Shown piece by piece: positions 23,123 to 36,493 of a DNA stretch of 64,000 bases. Made by a program: the position numbers and the translations under genes. The stretch lies in contig NW_015175975.1 in NCBI RefSeq assembly GCF_001447785.1, positions 1,599,749 to 1,663,748 on the forward strand, given 5' to 3'. Each line of letters starts with the position of its first letter. The first letter of the stretch is position 1. Source of the DNA: Gekko japonicus. Lineage: Eukaryota. The notes under the pieces were generated by a model that had not been told where the DNA came from, ran no database searches, and worked only from the letters and a program-made list of their open reading frames with translations.

Positions 23123-24249
23123 CAGGGACGGCCCGAGGTTGTCCTGCGCTCCAGGCAAGCACAGATACCAACCTCCCGGCAGGGCCTGGAGACCTCTCCG
23201 CCAGAACCAGGCTGGGAGGAGGGTCACCCAGCTGCCGCTCACCTCCCCCCTGCCGCTGGGGCAAAGAGGAGCCCCCCTTGCCGCTGGGGCGAAGAGGAGC
23301 CGGAGACCCTGGGAATCGGGGGGGGGGGGTTCCCCACAAATCTCACATCCAGAGCAACACCAAACTGGCACCTAGCGGGGTTCTCAGCACTCCAGGCGGG
23401 ACTCAGGTCCTCCCAGGGCTGCAACGCCCCCCCTCCAGCTGACCGAGATCAGTCCCCCACCTCCTGGAGAAAGTTGTGGCACGGGAAGGGGAGGGGCTCT
23501 CTCTGGCAAGGCCTCCCGCATGTAGGTTCTGCCCCCCCAATGTGGGCCTTTCCCAGGATGCAGCCCCCCCACAAATGTGCAGGGCGTGGCCCCCACTTCC
23601 TTCCCCCCATTCCCAGGAGGTCTCCAAGCTCGGTACCCCCCAGTGGGCGACTCACCTCCAAGGACCCCTCCCCGCGGCTGCTGGGCTGATCCACGTGGTT
23701 CCTCCTCCACAGCCCCCCCTTCCCCCACGGCTTCTTGCTCAGCCGCTCCAGCAGGAACTCTTGCGGGGCTTAAACCCTTCGGGGCTTGCAGAGGGAGGGG
23801 GGAAAGCCCCCCACCCCCACCAGGAGGAGCCTCGCCCAGGCTGCTCTCCTCCTCAGTGCCCTAGAATGCAGATCCGAGTGGGGCTACTCGGGAGGAGGAA
23901 CCCGGCAGGCGGGGGGTGGCTGCTGCACCCCCCGAGGAGAAGGATCCGGCGCATCTGGGGAAGAGGAGGCTGGAGGTGGCGCCTCGCCCCCTTCTTCGCC
24001 CCCATGGCGCCAGGGGGAGGACCCACGTCGGAGGCCCCTGGGTGAGATGTCAGCACTGGTGGCAACCTCTGTGGGCTGGAAGGAACCCCCTTGCCTTTCA
24101 GCCTCCATGCACGATGGCTCCTGCTGCTCGGGTGCCTGGTTAGGGTGGCGGCAGCTGGTTGCGGGGGTTGCAGGGACGCAGTTTGGCGCCCCGAAGGCCG
24201 GCGCACCCTAGGCCAGACACTAGCTGGCCTAGTGATAGAGCCGGCCCTG
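23123..24249. mobile_element. GC/CpG-rich non-autonomous hAT element nested in Gypsy copy 1
   Basis: TIRs CAGGGACGGC / GCCGGCCCTG; 8-bp TSD GTGGAGGC (23115-23122, 24250-24257); empty site in Gypsy copy 2 near 55095. Confidence 0.9.
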
Positions 24250-24749
24250 GTGGAGGCCATCTGTAGATGCTCCAACCCTTCAGCTCCTACACCTTCAGTC
24301 AACAACTTAGGCAGGAACAGATCCTCTCCCTCTACAGCCTTCAATGGGAACATCTGGCTGTCTGTCTCTCAAAACAAATTTAGAAAGTTAAGATGAACAA
24401 CCTGAGTCTTTTTTATGCGGGCCCATTTCCTGGATCAAGCAATTATCCTTCTCCAATTTTTGCAACATGCAATATGGTCTCGCCCATTCAATCCCTCAAG
24501 CTGAGAGAGTATGTCCTTGTAACATTGTAACATCGATGCAATAGAGATGACATACATCTTACTTCACTGCTTGATATACAATGAAATTTGCCTGACCTTT
24601 GTTTCGCTGATATTACTGAAAGTTCCTGAAATCTCCAATTTCTTTCTGATGAGAACATGGAGACTACTAAGAAAATAGCAAAATCTTGTGTTCAAGAGAT
24701 AACATTCCATTCCATCTATGTTTCTAAAGGAACAGTGGGAACTTGATAT

Positions 24750-25240
24750 GCATAACCATCCTATCAGAGTGTTACATTTGTGCATTCAATATTTTAAATT
24801 ATGCTATTATTTTATTGTCTTTCTTATACATGGTGGTTTTAGTATCTATTTATATACTGGCTGTGGGCCATTAATAAAATCTGACTAAAATAATTATGCT
24901 ATTGTTTTATTGTCTTTCTTATACATGGTGGTTGTAGTATCTATTTATATACTGGCCGTGGGCCATTAATAAAATCTGACTAAAATCTGGGCCATTAATA
25001 AAATCTGACTAGTTTCTACAGGAACATAACCATCCTATCAGAGTTTTAAATTTGTGCATTCAATTTTTGAATATTTTAAATTATGCTATTGTTTTATTAT
25101 CTTTCTTATAAATGATGGTTGTAGTATCTATTTATATACTGGCCGTGGGCCATTAATAAAATCTGACTAAAATCTGGGCCATTAATAAAATCTGACTAGT
25201 TAATAAATAAATAATAATTAATAAAAGCTGACAAATCTGA
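24750..25240. repeat. Compound AT-rich tandem repeat (~95-bp units within a ~275-bp duplication)
   Basis: AATTATGCTATT...GGCCATTAATAAAATCTGACTA occurs 3 times, plus 2 shorter GGCCATTAATAAAATCTGACTA units. Confidence 0.85.
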
Positions 25241-26698
25241 CCGATCTAGACAGATTAGTGGCTTCAGAATCAGCCCTATTGCTACTTGGACCAGGTATCA
25301 TTCTGGAAATATCCTCTAATTTAGAGTGTAGCAGCTTCTGATCTCTACAAAGAAAATTCACTGTTTTCACTGTTCAAAAGGCTTTACTTGCATCACTTAC
25401 AGCAGTGGCATTGTTTCATGGGTTGAAGGAACTGAATATCCTGCATCATTATTTACAGTCTTAGGGGAAGCATTCGAGGAGAAAGCTTCTAGCGTGTTGT
25501 CAGGAGCATCCGCCAGTAATGAGAGCTAGTTAGGAAGTGGGATTTGAGAAATTTAAGAAGAACAAGTTATTTCCAGGAAGTAACCACCAATCTTTGATTG
25601 TTTAGAGACAAGGTATGGGACCGCTTCCATTTCTCTCACATGCTTTTGAGGCCTCATTTCCTCTATTTGCAGAGTATAAAAATACATCTGGTGATTTCTG
25701 TAGGGAGTTGCTTTATTTACTAATTTTTGACTCCCAGGAGAAAATTTCCTTTAAGACCACAAAGTCTGAGGTCAAATTTAAGACTTCCCCTGGAATCCTC
25801 TCAGACTCCCAGCATTTAAATCAAACAAATTAATTATCTTAACTGGGGTGGCAAGTTGCCTAGCCACACAGCTGCTGGGCTCTGCTAAAATTTACTCTTC
25901 AGTGGAGTAAAAAGAAGTTAAAAATTGTTTTAAAAACCTCAAAAACCTTGGTGTCCTTATAGACACTGTTTCAACCAGAGAGTTACAACATCTACATTAT
26001 ATAAATATAAGATGTTAGAAAGGGAAGGTGTCCAGATTAGGATTTCCAATTCTTGATTTGGAAATTAAATTCTTGGCCATCTGGGGATATAGCCTAGGCA
26101 AAAAAGGGAACCCAGTAGACTCACAGGCCATAGAGTCGACCCCTCCAAAGAAGCCCTTTTCTTTAGGAAAACTGATCTGTGTCATCTGGAGATCAGTTAT
26201 AATACTGGAAGATCTCCAGGCCCCACCAGGAGCCTGGCAAGTCTAGGATGCTGAATCAGAGCCCATCAAAAAGGGTTAAATCTTTTCACCAACAACTTTT
26301 TTGCAGGAAAAGCATTAATTCATTAGCTTCTCTACTTCATACTATGTCACATGGAGCACAGTACCTTAGGGGGCTGGTTGGAAACCAAGCAATTATCTCA
26401 AATTACTGTGATCCATCTTCCTTTAAAGCCCACATGCAGTTTCAGCAATAATAAGCAACATCTATCACCAGCTCTGAAACATTTTATAAACTGTAGCTAA
26501 GATTACAGGCAAGTACAGTGTTTTCAGGCTGGACCTTGTTTTTTTTTTTTTTTTTTTTTTAACTTAATGAGTTAGAGACTAGGCATGAAACCAATTGATT
26601 AGAAAAGTCAATGATATAGACAGAAGGGTATTTCATCTGCAGACAGTAGATAAGAATCAGTTAAAGGAAAGTTGGATTTAGTATGGAGAGAGAGCAGG

Positions 26699-26922
26699 AT
26701 GACTGTGGCATTTCTATTGCGTCTCCTGTTGCTGCTCCTTCAAGCACATCGTAGCATACACTCTATTACATGCAGCCTGAATTCTCCCCTCTGCATGCCA
26801 GTCGAGTACTATCATCAGCGAGGAGATCTTCTGATTGGTGGAATCATACATGAATTCAGCTCCAGGCCTGATCCTGCTGACTTCAGGAATCATCCCAGCG
26901 CGTGGAAAGTTATACCCTATAA
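26699..26922 (+). CDS. V2R gene C exon 1
   Basis: Signal peptide, [14 protein letters not shown], donor AA|gtaatt. Confidence 0.9.
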
Positions 26923-29900
26923 GTAATTCTATTTTTCAACATTTCAAGACACATGTCAAGCTATAACCTCTATAAACAGAAAATATAACAAATGTCCTTC
27001 TTTATAAAAAATTTCATGTCTTTTCATCTCCTGCTTGGTCACTTAGACACCTGTCATACACACTTCAACAATATTTATGCACAAGTAAAAAATTATTCCA
27101 GAATACATGCACTATTCCAAATAAAAAATATCTATCTCAACTCTCTCTACCCTGTGCATGATTTCACAAACTTCTATCATCACATTCCTTCCCCCCAGAC
27201 CATATCTTTTCTAGACTGAAAAGTCCCAGACTCTTCAGCCTTTCCTCATAGCAAAGGTTCTCCAACCCCCACATTATACTTGGTTGCCCTCTTCTGTACT
27301 TTTTCCAATTCCATGATACAATAACCAGAACTGTTCATATTATGCCAAATGGATATGGTTCCAGTGCCCCTGATATGGTTCCAGTGCCCCTTTTCTTTTT
27401 GTTGTCACAGGTATTTTGACATTGCTGCTGCTATTTTAAAGTGTAACAATATATAACTACACAATAATGATAATAAAATTTACTATTAAAAAAAATATTA
27501 TGCCAAATGAGGACTCAACAGGATCTACTCACAAGTAAATGTTCAAAGACTTACAACTTCAAAAAACTGTGTTGTTTGAGAATTGTTCCAAACAATAGTA
27601 CCCTTCCTCCAGTACAACACCCTAAATATTTTGACATCTTTCCCCTACACATCTCTTCCATGTTCAACCAATTTTTGTATCACACCACAACTGAGATTTA
27701 ATGTTCATATTCCCCTTTTTATCTTCTTTCATGATATAGGATTATGATATTAAAAAGTATGTGTGTCTGTGCATCACTTCTCATTTCAGTATTGTGCCAC
27801 AAGGAAGTCCCGAAGTCCTGGCCTTGGCATATGCTATAAATGAGATCAACAGCAACTCCAAGATTTTACCAAATGTGACTCTGGGGTTCCACAGCCAACA
27901 TGCCTACCACATTCAGGGAAGAAACTATCAGACCATTCTGAGACTTCTATCTGGCTCAGAGAGGAATGTCCCCAACTATAGTTGTGATGTCCAGAAGAAA
28001 CCAATAGCTTTCATTGGAGGACCAGACTCTGAAACCTCTCTTTCGATGGCTGGCATTTTAACTACCTACAAGATTCCACAGGTACCATCTGGGCAATATG
28101 GAGTTCATGATTTTGACGTGTAAAGGTAGCCTGAAATTACACAGCTTGAGGAGTAGTGAGAAGGAGAACTTAAGGAGAATGAGTTCACTGATACAAGAGA
28201 GGGTTTCCTATTTGCTGTTAGATAATGGCTGCCTGGTAGGGTATGCTGAACTGAAGGAGGAAAATAAAGGCAATGCTTAACATAAGCAAAGTTAGAAAAT
28301 TGCCATTAATTAATGTCAGTATAACCCACTTCAGAATCTCAGGTTTTCATTCTGTGGCTTGGGGCAAAGATGAAGTTAAGCTGAGTATGTGGGTGGATTT
28401 TTCAAGCTGAAGTGGAAGACGGAGTGCAATTCTGAATGCCCAAACAAAAAGAACCCTTCATTTTTGAGGGCAACACTTTGTTTCCCCCATTACAAAACAA
28501 AACAAAAGCACAGCATGTGGAATGCAAACATAGGCCTCGGTCACATGGGCCGGATATCACATTGGGGAGGCATGGCTGTTTGCCCCGGAGTGAACTACCG
28601 CACGGCAGCTGGATCAGACATCCCGCCCAACGTCCTGCCGACGTTCCGTGGTTGGGGGGAGGCGCCGATCATACCTCACTCCTGCGGCGTGGCAAAGAAG
28701 TGGCACCGTGGGGGTTGTGGTTTTTTTTTTAACCCAAGTGTTCACATGTGCTGTTGGGTGCTTGTGTGCACCCGTGGAGACATGACCAAAAAAAAAGTTT
28801 TCGCAACGGGACATGGGCAGTTGCCGGATGCCACGAGCTAACACCGGAAATGTGATCTGATGCCGGCCCTTGCCCGGCAGTTTTTACAGCTCATCTTTGT
28901 AGTGAAGCCTCGGGTGAGCCACGGGAGCTGTACGCTTCCCAGATGTGTTGGTGAGATCGTGCCCGGAAAATCCGCCTATCTTCCGTCTCTCTAGCGTGCC
29001 TACTGCTCCGTGTGACCGGGGCCATAGTTCTAAACTACTGCCATGTTTCAAACAGGAAATAGAATATAATAATGTTCACATCTAGATTAGATTAGCACAA
29101 TATATTGTATGTGGGGCTATCCTTAACATGTGTTTGGAAACGTCAAATGCTACAGAATGCTGCAGCTAGGATGATGACTAAATTGAGTCATCAGGACCAT
29201 ATCACTCCAGTTTGGGTCCATTGACAATGACTCCCATTTCGTTTGCAGGCACTACTCAAGGTGCTATTGCCCCCAAAAGCCTGGGGCCTTCCCCATATGA
29301 ACTTACATAAATTTTACACAGATTTTCTCAGGCCCTGCTTTGATTGCCTCACCTCCTGAAGTTAGATGGATAGCAACATGAGAGAGGGTCTTACCGAACA
29401 TGGTGCTAGAACTGTGGAATTCCTACTGAAAGATTTTTGTTTCTCCCCTTCTATCACTGTCTTCCAACAGCAATTGAAGGCTTCCTTTTGTGTAGCTTTC
29501 CCTTAAAGAATTCTCCTTCCTGACCTTTGCTTTGTTCTCTCTCTCTTTGTTTATTCCTGTGGCCATCACTATAACATCTGGCAGCAAATTCCACATTTTA
29601 ATCACTCTCTGTGTAAAGTAGTAGTTCCTGTTTTCCACCCTGAACGTATCGCCCATCAGCTTCATTGGATGCCCTCAAGTTCTGCAGCACAATGGGTTGA
29701 CATTTTCATTGTGTTAGCCACTACAACCCCATGATCTTGCATGGGGTATTTCAGATTCTGAGGACCAATCTTATAAACGACCACATTTTCAAGTAAATCT
29801 TTCATTACCAGCCTTATGGAGCAAATATATATTTATCGGGATGTAATTTGAAATGGTTATATTTGTTGGGTGTGTTAAATGAGATGATAGATGTGCTAAA

Positions 29901-32900
29901 ATAACCCATTCCTGTCATGTAATAATGGATGATTTCCCCCCCTTAGATCAGTTATTCATTTTCCAGGGAGAAACACGATAAAGCCAAGATCCCTTCCTTG
30001 TACCGCACAATCCCCAGTGAAGCAGATCAGAATGATGGGATTGCACAGCTACTCCTGCATTTCCAATGGAAATGGGTCGGGATCATTGCACCGGATGATG
30101 AGAAAGGAGAAGGTTTCATACAGGCGCTGCCCCCAGTGCTTTCCAAGAAAGGTATCTGCACTGCTTTCACGGAAAAAGTAAAAAACATTTTGTTGGTGCC
30201 CACGATAGCAGAACTAACAGGAGACTATTTGAGATTGTGCTTCTTTCTAAACAGAACCCAAACCAAAGTATTTGTTACATATTTTAACAGTCCATGCATT
30301 CTATCTGTGCTGTATTTATTCCAAATGGCAAATGAGATAAAGTTATCTATAAATAAAGTCTGGATCATGACAGCCCACTGGGACTTCCAACTAGAAAAAT
30401 TCCCACTGGGTTTTACAAGAGAAACCTTCCATGGTGCATTGTCATTGGCAATTCACTCCCACAAGGTGCTGGGTTTCCAACTTTTTCTGCACTTTCTCAG
30501 AATTTACTTTACAAAACAAGATGGCCGATCAATGCTCTCCTGGAAGGAGGTATTCAACTGTTTAGCTCAACATTTCAATGTTGGTCAGGAGAACCAGGGA
30601 TTGTGTTCTGGGAAGAAGAATCCAAAGAACCTTCCAAGACCACTTTCTGAAACGGAAATGCCCGGCCAAAGTTACAGCATCTACATTGCCGTCTATGTCA
30701 TAGCACATGCTTTACATGCCATGCACTCAGTGGGACGGAGACTCAGAGCAATGACAGAGAAAGACAGGAAGCAATTCCCACAACCATGGGAGGTATTGTC
30801 TTATTAGGGTTGCTTTCAAAATCTGCGTTGCCGTGATTTAAACTTTTCTAAATATTGAATTGATATGTTGTGACTCACCCTGAGCCTGCTTGCATGGGAG
30901 GGCCGGATATAAAGCAATCAAGCAAACAAATAAATGTGCACAATAAGGATTCTGCTGACAACAGAGATTTGTGTTCAGTGAAATTGAAATGGCACATGGT
31001 CGAAGGATCTTTGTGAAGGGTCCAAATAAGCTCCAAACGTTGATATACCATATACATTTATATATGCATACATATACCATATACATTTATAAATGCAAAT
31101 AATAAATAAATAAATACATACATACATTTGTGTACCAAACATCAATTTTATTCATCCCCCTCCCACAATTTAGCTCCATCATTTCCTGTGGAGAATTTCA
31201 TTTAACAGCACTGCTGGGGAGAAGGTGTCTTTCAATGAATATGGTCAACTGACAGCTGGCTTTGATATCAGAAATTGGGTTTATTTCCCAAACAAGTCCT
31301 TCTTAAGTCAGAAAGTGGGAAGGATGAACCCCCCGGATTCAGGAGACCAAGAGTTAATCCTCAACGAAAACCGCATAATGTGGCCAAGCATCTTCAATAG
31401 GGTGGGTATCTGATTGTACCTTATAAGACACCAAGCACAAGCAGAAAGTGTTCCAGTTCCAGTTCTGACACTGGACAATCTCTTTTGCTATCAGGGATTG
31501 ATTCCATTTTGAGTGGCTTCGTTTTTCAAGTCTTATAAATTGGTGGGAGGGAACTCTGAAAAGAAGTAGGGTCAGTACTTGGATGGGTGACCAACCACCA
31601 AGGAACACTTTGAAGAGAAAGGCGATGGCAAACCACCTTTGCTCCTCACTTGCTCTGAAAGCCCCACCACAGTTGCATACAGACTCAAATATACTGCCTT
31701 TGTAGAAAACACTACTTTAAAACACAGCACAGTTTTAAGTTAATATTTTTATACCAGTTTGACAAGATTTGGAGAGCAAATTAGGGAGGTCATGCAAGAC
31801 AATCTGGTTTTAGATCACCGCTAAGTATTAGGGGATTCACTGTTTGTTCAGATGCAGAATTTCTTTTGACATTAACCTGATGGTGTCAAAGTGTCTGTGC
31901 TATCATGCTTTCCTGCATTGTAAAGGTAATTTTAAGAACCTTGGGGTTTACGAGAAGAATACAACCAATATTACAGAGAGATCTGGATTTGGTAGAAATG
32001 ACAAATTAATCAACAGAGTTCGCTTTAGCATGTTCCCTCCTCACAGTGGTACAGTTTGGAAGAATGTGGGTACTATTCATTAAATGCTGGTATAATAACA
32101 TAGATTTTATTAATAGGAATATTTCCTTGGCATTATATTTGTCATTTGGGTGCTCAATTTTCATATATCTTATATATTTTCTATTACTTTGGGATTATGC
32201 TTTCATAATAAAACTAACTGGCAATCATTTCAACACTAATTAATTCTAGCCAATAAGAAGTTAACTTACTAAGCATCAACTAAATTATTTTTACCTTTCT
32301 CTGTTCAGGTGCCACCTTCTTCTCTCTGCAATGAGAATTGCCACCCCGGTTACAGTAAGAAAAAGCAGGAGGGGAAACCATTTTGCTGCTATGATTGTAT
32401 TTTATGTCCAGATGGAAAGATTTCGAACCAGACAGGTAGGAGACATTGTTCACTATAAGCATCACTTTCAGTATCACTATATTGTATTGTTCATCAAGTT
32501 CAAGTTTATTATTATGATCCAACATCAGAATTTAAAGCAGCATATACATTAATATCAATCCTCCCTCTAAGCTGTGGAGTCTTGTGAGCAAAAATTCTAC
32601 TTTGTGAGCTACTGGCATTAAATTTGTGAGTGCGCGATTTGGCTACTGCATAAATTAGTTTGCTCTGGAGCCATCCTTCCTGAGCTAAGACAGAAATGTG
32701 TGAGCCAGGGGCTATAAAACTGTGAGCTAGCTCAAATTAATTCAGCTTAGAGGGAACATTGATTAATACATAGCAAATTCACTGATTACATATCTGCCTA
32801 TACCTGATCATTTAATGAGAATATGCGCTAAGTAAATAAAATTGTTAAAACGTGTTTTCTTAAAAGATGTTGTGATCTTCTGCCTGTTTGAATAGGCCAG

Positions 32901-35735
32901 GGCACAAAATCTTGCTACCTTGGTGGTAGTTTCATTGCAGTAATCAGCTAAAAAGAGACCAGAATAAAATTGATTAGGTCTGCCCGGATAAGTAGCAGTA
33001 ATTTGAGTGATGTACTTTATTAGGATCTCCTGATAAAAATGACATGATAAAAGGATGAGCTCAGTTGTCTCTCTCAGACTGGATTGGCATAGACAAAGAT
33101 GATATCCATGCAGAGAATGAGCATATCTCCCCTCTAGAAGGGCAGAGGGGATTTAAAAAGATAATTGGATGGAACAAAGTTTTGTTTTCTACTCCCCACT
33201 GCCAGGACGTACAAGCCTCATGCTCTATCCACTTGTAAAGATGTATCCCATAACTTCCAAAGAACAAGGCCTTTGGCTAAGCCTCCAGAGCTCCCTCACA
33301 GTCTCATCATAAGAATCACAGAGTTGGAAGGGGCCTCCAGGGTCATCTAGTCCAATTCACAATTGCCTCCCCCCTTTGCATCCTGACCCCAAAGTGGTGA
33401 TCAGCATTTCCCTGGTCAAGTGTGCTCACAGATGCACTCATAGCTGCATAATACTCTCTCTTTGCAGCTTTGATTGCCATCTCATAGGATCTCATAAACA
33501 TCTTATAGGATGCTCTTGTAGCTTCGTCATGAGCACCACTGTCTCTCTAGTGTACCATGGAGCAAGCCTAGAATGAGGGTGCAGAGGGTATCGGGGAGTG
33601 ATTTCGTTAATGGATACAGAGAGTTGGCTATGTCAGTCCTCTACAAGCTCATCTAATGAGCCACCACGGGGCATCAGATCCCGGAGAGCCATCTGAAGCC
33701 GGATAGGGTCCATTTGGTTCCATGCGTGACCCAAAACGCACTCGCTGCCCACACAGGGTTGAGATGGCATTTGGATGGGAGATAACCAAGGAAGTCCAAG
33801 GTTGTTTTGTAGAGGCAGGTAATGGCAAACCACCTCTGAATGTTTCTTGCCATGAAAATCCTACAAGGTAACCATAAGATGTCTGCAACTTAATGGCACT
33901 TTCCAACAATGCCAAGAGTAATTTGGGTAGCAATAATGTGTGCCTGGTCATTCAGTAGAACATATGATCACTACTAAAACCATTTCAAGAAATATTATTT
34001 ACTGATAATCCAGGAACTATGGGGGGCATGATACTTCTGTCAAGACTATGCTTCTCTTCATACCATTTATCTTGTCCCTCTTCTGCTAGAATCAAGGGTC
34101 TCATGTTTTGTATGTATAGATTATAACATCATTTGAGGACATTTAAGGAAAATACTTCTCATAAAGCTAATCCAGCCATTCAGATTTTTCATTAAATCTT
34201 GTTTGGTTTGTCAGTGTTGCGCGGTGTTAGCCCACTGCAGACAGGGCATGGGTGCAAGGTTATCCAATGAAGACTGGAGTCTTTCAGGCTTATGTACAAG
34301 TATTTACAGTTTATTATACACAGCCTCCACCAATACTTTACACTGAGTGACGTAATGCTCTGCAGACAACCAGATTCCAATAAGGAATGAACAGTACAGT
34401 TCCTCACTGAACTTATACTACCATTGACCAATCAGGGCCAATGCTGAGTCACTCTTACTCAGAGTTAATTAGCTCTGGCTAGAGCCAGCCAGAACTGGTC
34501 AGAGCCAGCTCCTCTGTCACTTAGAGCTGTCAGCTCCTGTCTGTTAGATGCCTTAGATCTACAGCATGACTTAACATTAACATGGAATACTGACATGTTT
34601 CACCTCTTTATAGCAGTTCCCATTACACATGGCTATCATCTATACAGGTCCCATGAAGCACAGCATACCCTTCTGGGTGACAAAAGGGGAAACCCTTCTT
34701 CCTTTCCCCAAGTGACAAAGATCAATCCAACTCACAATATTAGGACTACCTCTTGCTATTGCTTCTATGAGCATGGCACAGTGATGTTATGATAGACTGA
34801 AAAGGGTTCTGTTGTTCTTTTCAGATATGGACGATTGTTTCAAATGCCCAGAAGACCAGTATCCAAATCAAAACCAAGATCAATGCCTTCACAAGCGCTT
34901 AAACTTTCTGTCATACTATGAAACATTGGGCATCACTTTGTGTGTTTTGGCCTGTGGTTTGGCTCTGATCACTGCTTGGACACTGAGAATCTTTATCAAG
35001 CATCAACACACTCCCATCGTCAAAGCCAATAATCGTGGTCTCTCTTACATTCTACTAACTTCTCTCTTCCTCTGTTTCCTCTCAGCACTATTATTCATTA
35101 TCCATCCTGGGACGGTCATCTGCCCTCTTCGACAAGTGGCTTTTGGCCTCATCTTCTCAGTGGCTGTCTCTTGCGTCTTGGCCAAAACCATGACTGTGGT
35201 TGTGGCTTACATGGCTACCAAGCCAGGATCCAGCATGAGGAAATGGGTGGGGAAAAGGCTTGCATTCCCCATTGTTGTTTCAGGCTCCCTCATTCAAGTA
35301 GTTATTTGCCTCATCTGGCTATGCACCACTCCTCCATTTCCAAATGTTGAAATGCACTCTCTGGCTGAGGAGATAGTGATAGAGTGTAGTAAAGGGTCAG
35401 TTGTCATGTTTAATTGTGTTTTGGGGTTCTTAGGATTCTTGGCTCTGGTGAGCTTCATTGTAGCCTTCCTTGCTAGGCATTTGCCTAGCACTTTTAATGA
35501 AGCCAAATTAATCACTTTCAGCATGTTGGTCTTTTGCAGTGTTTGGCTATCATTTGTTCCATCGTACCTGAGCACCAAGGGCAAATATATGGTAGCTGTG
35601 GAGATCTTCTCCATCTTGTCTTCTGGTTCTGGATTATTATTTTGCATCTTTGCCCCTAAATGTTTTATAATTCTCCTGCGGCCTAACCTAAATAGCAAGA
35701 ACTATATAATAACTAAACATGGTCAGGAGAAATAG
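26699..35735 (+). CDS. V2R: V2R gene C, intact six-exon receptor of a second subfamily (875 aa): join(26699..26922,27790..28081,29947..30792,31174..31401,32309..32435,34825..35735)
   Basis: GT-AG introns, consistent phases, 2628 nt with no stops; signal peptide [16 protein letters not shown]. Confidence 0.9.
27790..28081 (+). CDS. V2R gene C exon 2
   Basis: 292 bp; [29 protein letters not shown]|gt. Confidence 0.93.
28533..29023. mobile_element. PIF/Harbinger-like MITE (same family as 6602-7132)
   Basis: TIRs GGCCTCGGTCACATGG / CCGTGTGACCGGGGCC; 3-bp TSD ATA; shared internal sequence CGCTTCCCAGATGTG.TGGTGAGATCG. Confidence 0.8.
29075..29500 (+). mobile_element. Old L2 LINE fragment
   Basis: Degenerate SRLD..LYVGL..QNAAAR..DHITPV..LWNS motifs. 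Confidence 0.6.
29555..29735 (-). mobile_element. CR1 3' fragment
   Basis: [24 protein letters not shown]. Confidence 0.7.
29947..30792 (+). CDS. V2R gene C exon 3
   Basis: 846 bp; [30 protein letters not shown]|gt. Confidence 0.93.
31174..31401 (+). CDS. V2R gene C exon 4
   Basis: 228 bp; [16 protein letters not shown]...FNR|gt. Confidence 0.93.
32309..32435 (+). CDS. V2R gene C exon 5
   Basis: 127 bp; [21 protein letters not shown]. Confidence 0.93.
32556..32761. mobile_element. Short hAT MITE
   Basis: 19-bp TIRs CAATCCTCCCTCTAAGCTG / CAGCTTAGAGGGAACATTG; TSD ATTAATAT/ATTAATAC. Confidence 0.8.
34209..34595 (-). mobile_element. Solo LTR
   Basis: TGTCAGTGTT...AATACTGACA inverted termini; flanks TGGTT/TGTTT (4/5 TSD match); AATAAA on the minus strand. 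Confidence 0.55.
34825..35735 (+). CDS. V2R gene C exon 6 (7TM)
   Basis: cag|AT acceptor; [24 protein letters not shown]. Confidence 0.95.
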
Positions 35736-36493
35736 ACCTGTAAGCTATGAAAATAATTGTACAATTATCCATGCTCCCAACTATACCTGGGAAGTCCATA
35801 TCCCTCCACATGGAACTCTGCTTCTCTTCTTCAATTTGTTCACAATGAGTGAATAGGGAACTTTGTGTGGCATTTCTTTTAGGAACAAGATAGCTTACAA
35901 ATGGGTTTTTTAGATGATGGTTTGAACTTTCATGCAGGAAAAACTCCTTGATGCAAACTCTGTACACTGTGGCTTCCCCCTTGTCAGCCTATCTTGGGCA
36001 ATTGATGTCTTAAGACAGTAGGGTGGGGTGATGTTGAGAAGAGAAAGAAAAAATGGGTAAGATTGAGCAAAATCTCTGGATGAATCCAACCCAGTATGTA
36101 ACATGACATAATAATAATACCCATGATCTAATGATGAGCATGGCCATGGTGTACTTTTGTAATCCACTTTCTTTTATTGAATTAAAATATTTTCACATTC
36201 TGAAAGTAAGTTATTAGTATCATACACTAATAGACCTGAGAAACAAGCATACCTTTAGGGAGGATTTCCCTATTGTGAATTACGTACACAACATCATTTC
36301 ACTTACGATTATATAGAAATTATTTTCCAATAATGTTTTGTTTCCATTAATGCAAATAAACAGTTGAGTACAGTCCAGAACTGAGAGTAAAGGCAGAATT
36401 CTTACAGTAATCAGTCTTTCTGATGGTCCACAATATCTTTAATTCTCTCCTCCAACACCACGTTTCAAAGGAATCAACTGCATTCCTGTCAGA

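Larger units (their letters stand above)
21520..24500 (-). mobile_element. Ty3/Gypsy LTR retrotransposon pol relic (Gmr1-like), copy 1
   Basis: Integrase C-terminal remnant, then RT (HHIETG, WKAPVVVVPKK, FCVGFRKLN, AAAYQDDIAIY), then RNase H (EKEGL..VWALSKL, ADSLS); many frameshifts. Confidence 0.88.

Noticed and set aside
22943-24396. Many overlapping Pro/Gly/Arg-rich ORFs
   Set aside because: Expected by chance in the GC-rich hAT insert; no recognisable domain.
24750-25240. CRISPR-like repeat array
   Set aside because: Eukaryotic context, the intervening sequences are repeats rather than unique spacers, and there are no cas genes.
35294-35698. Antisense ORFs over 7TM exons (also 3135-3404 and 50768-51124)
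   Set aside because: Shadow ORFs of the V2R coding strand.
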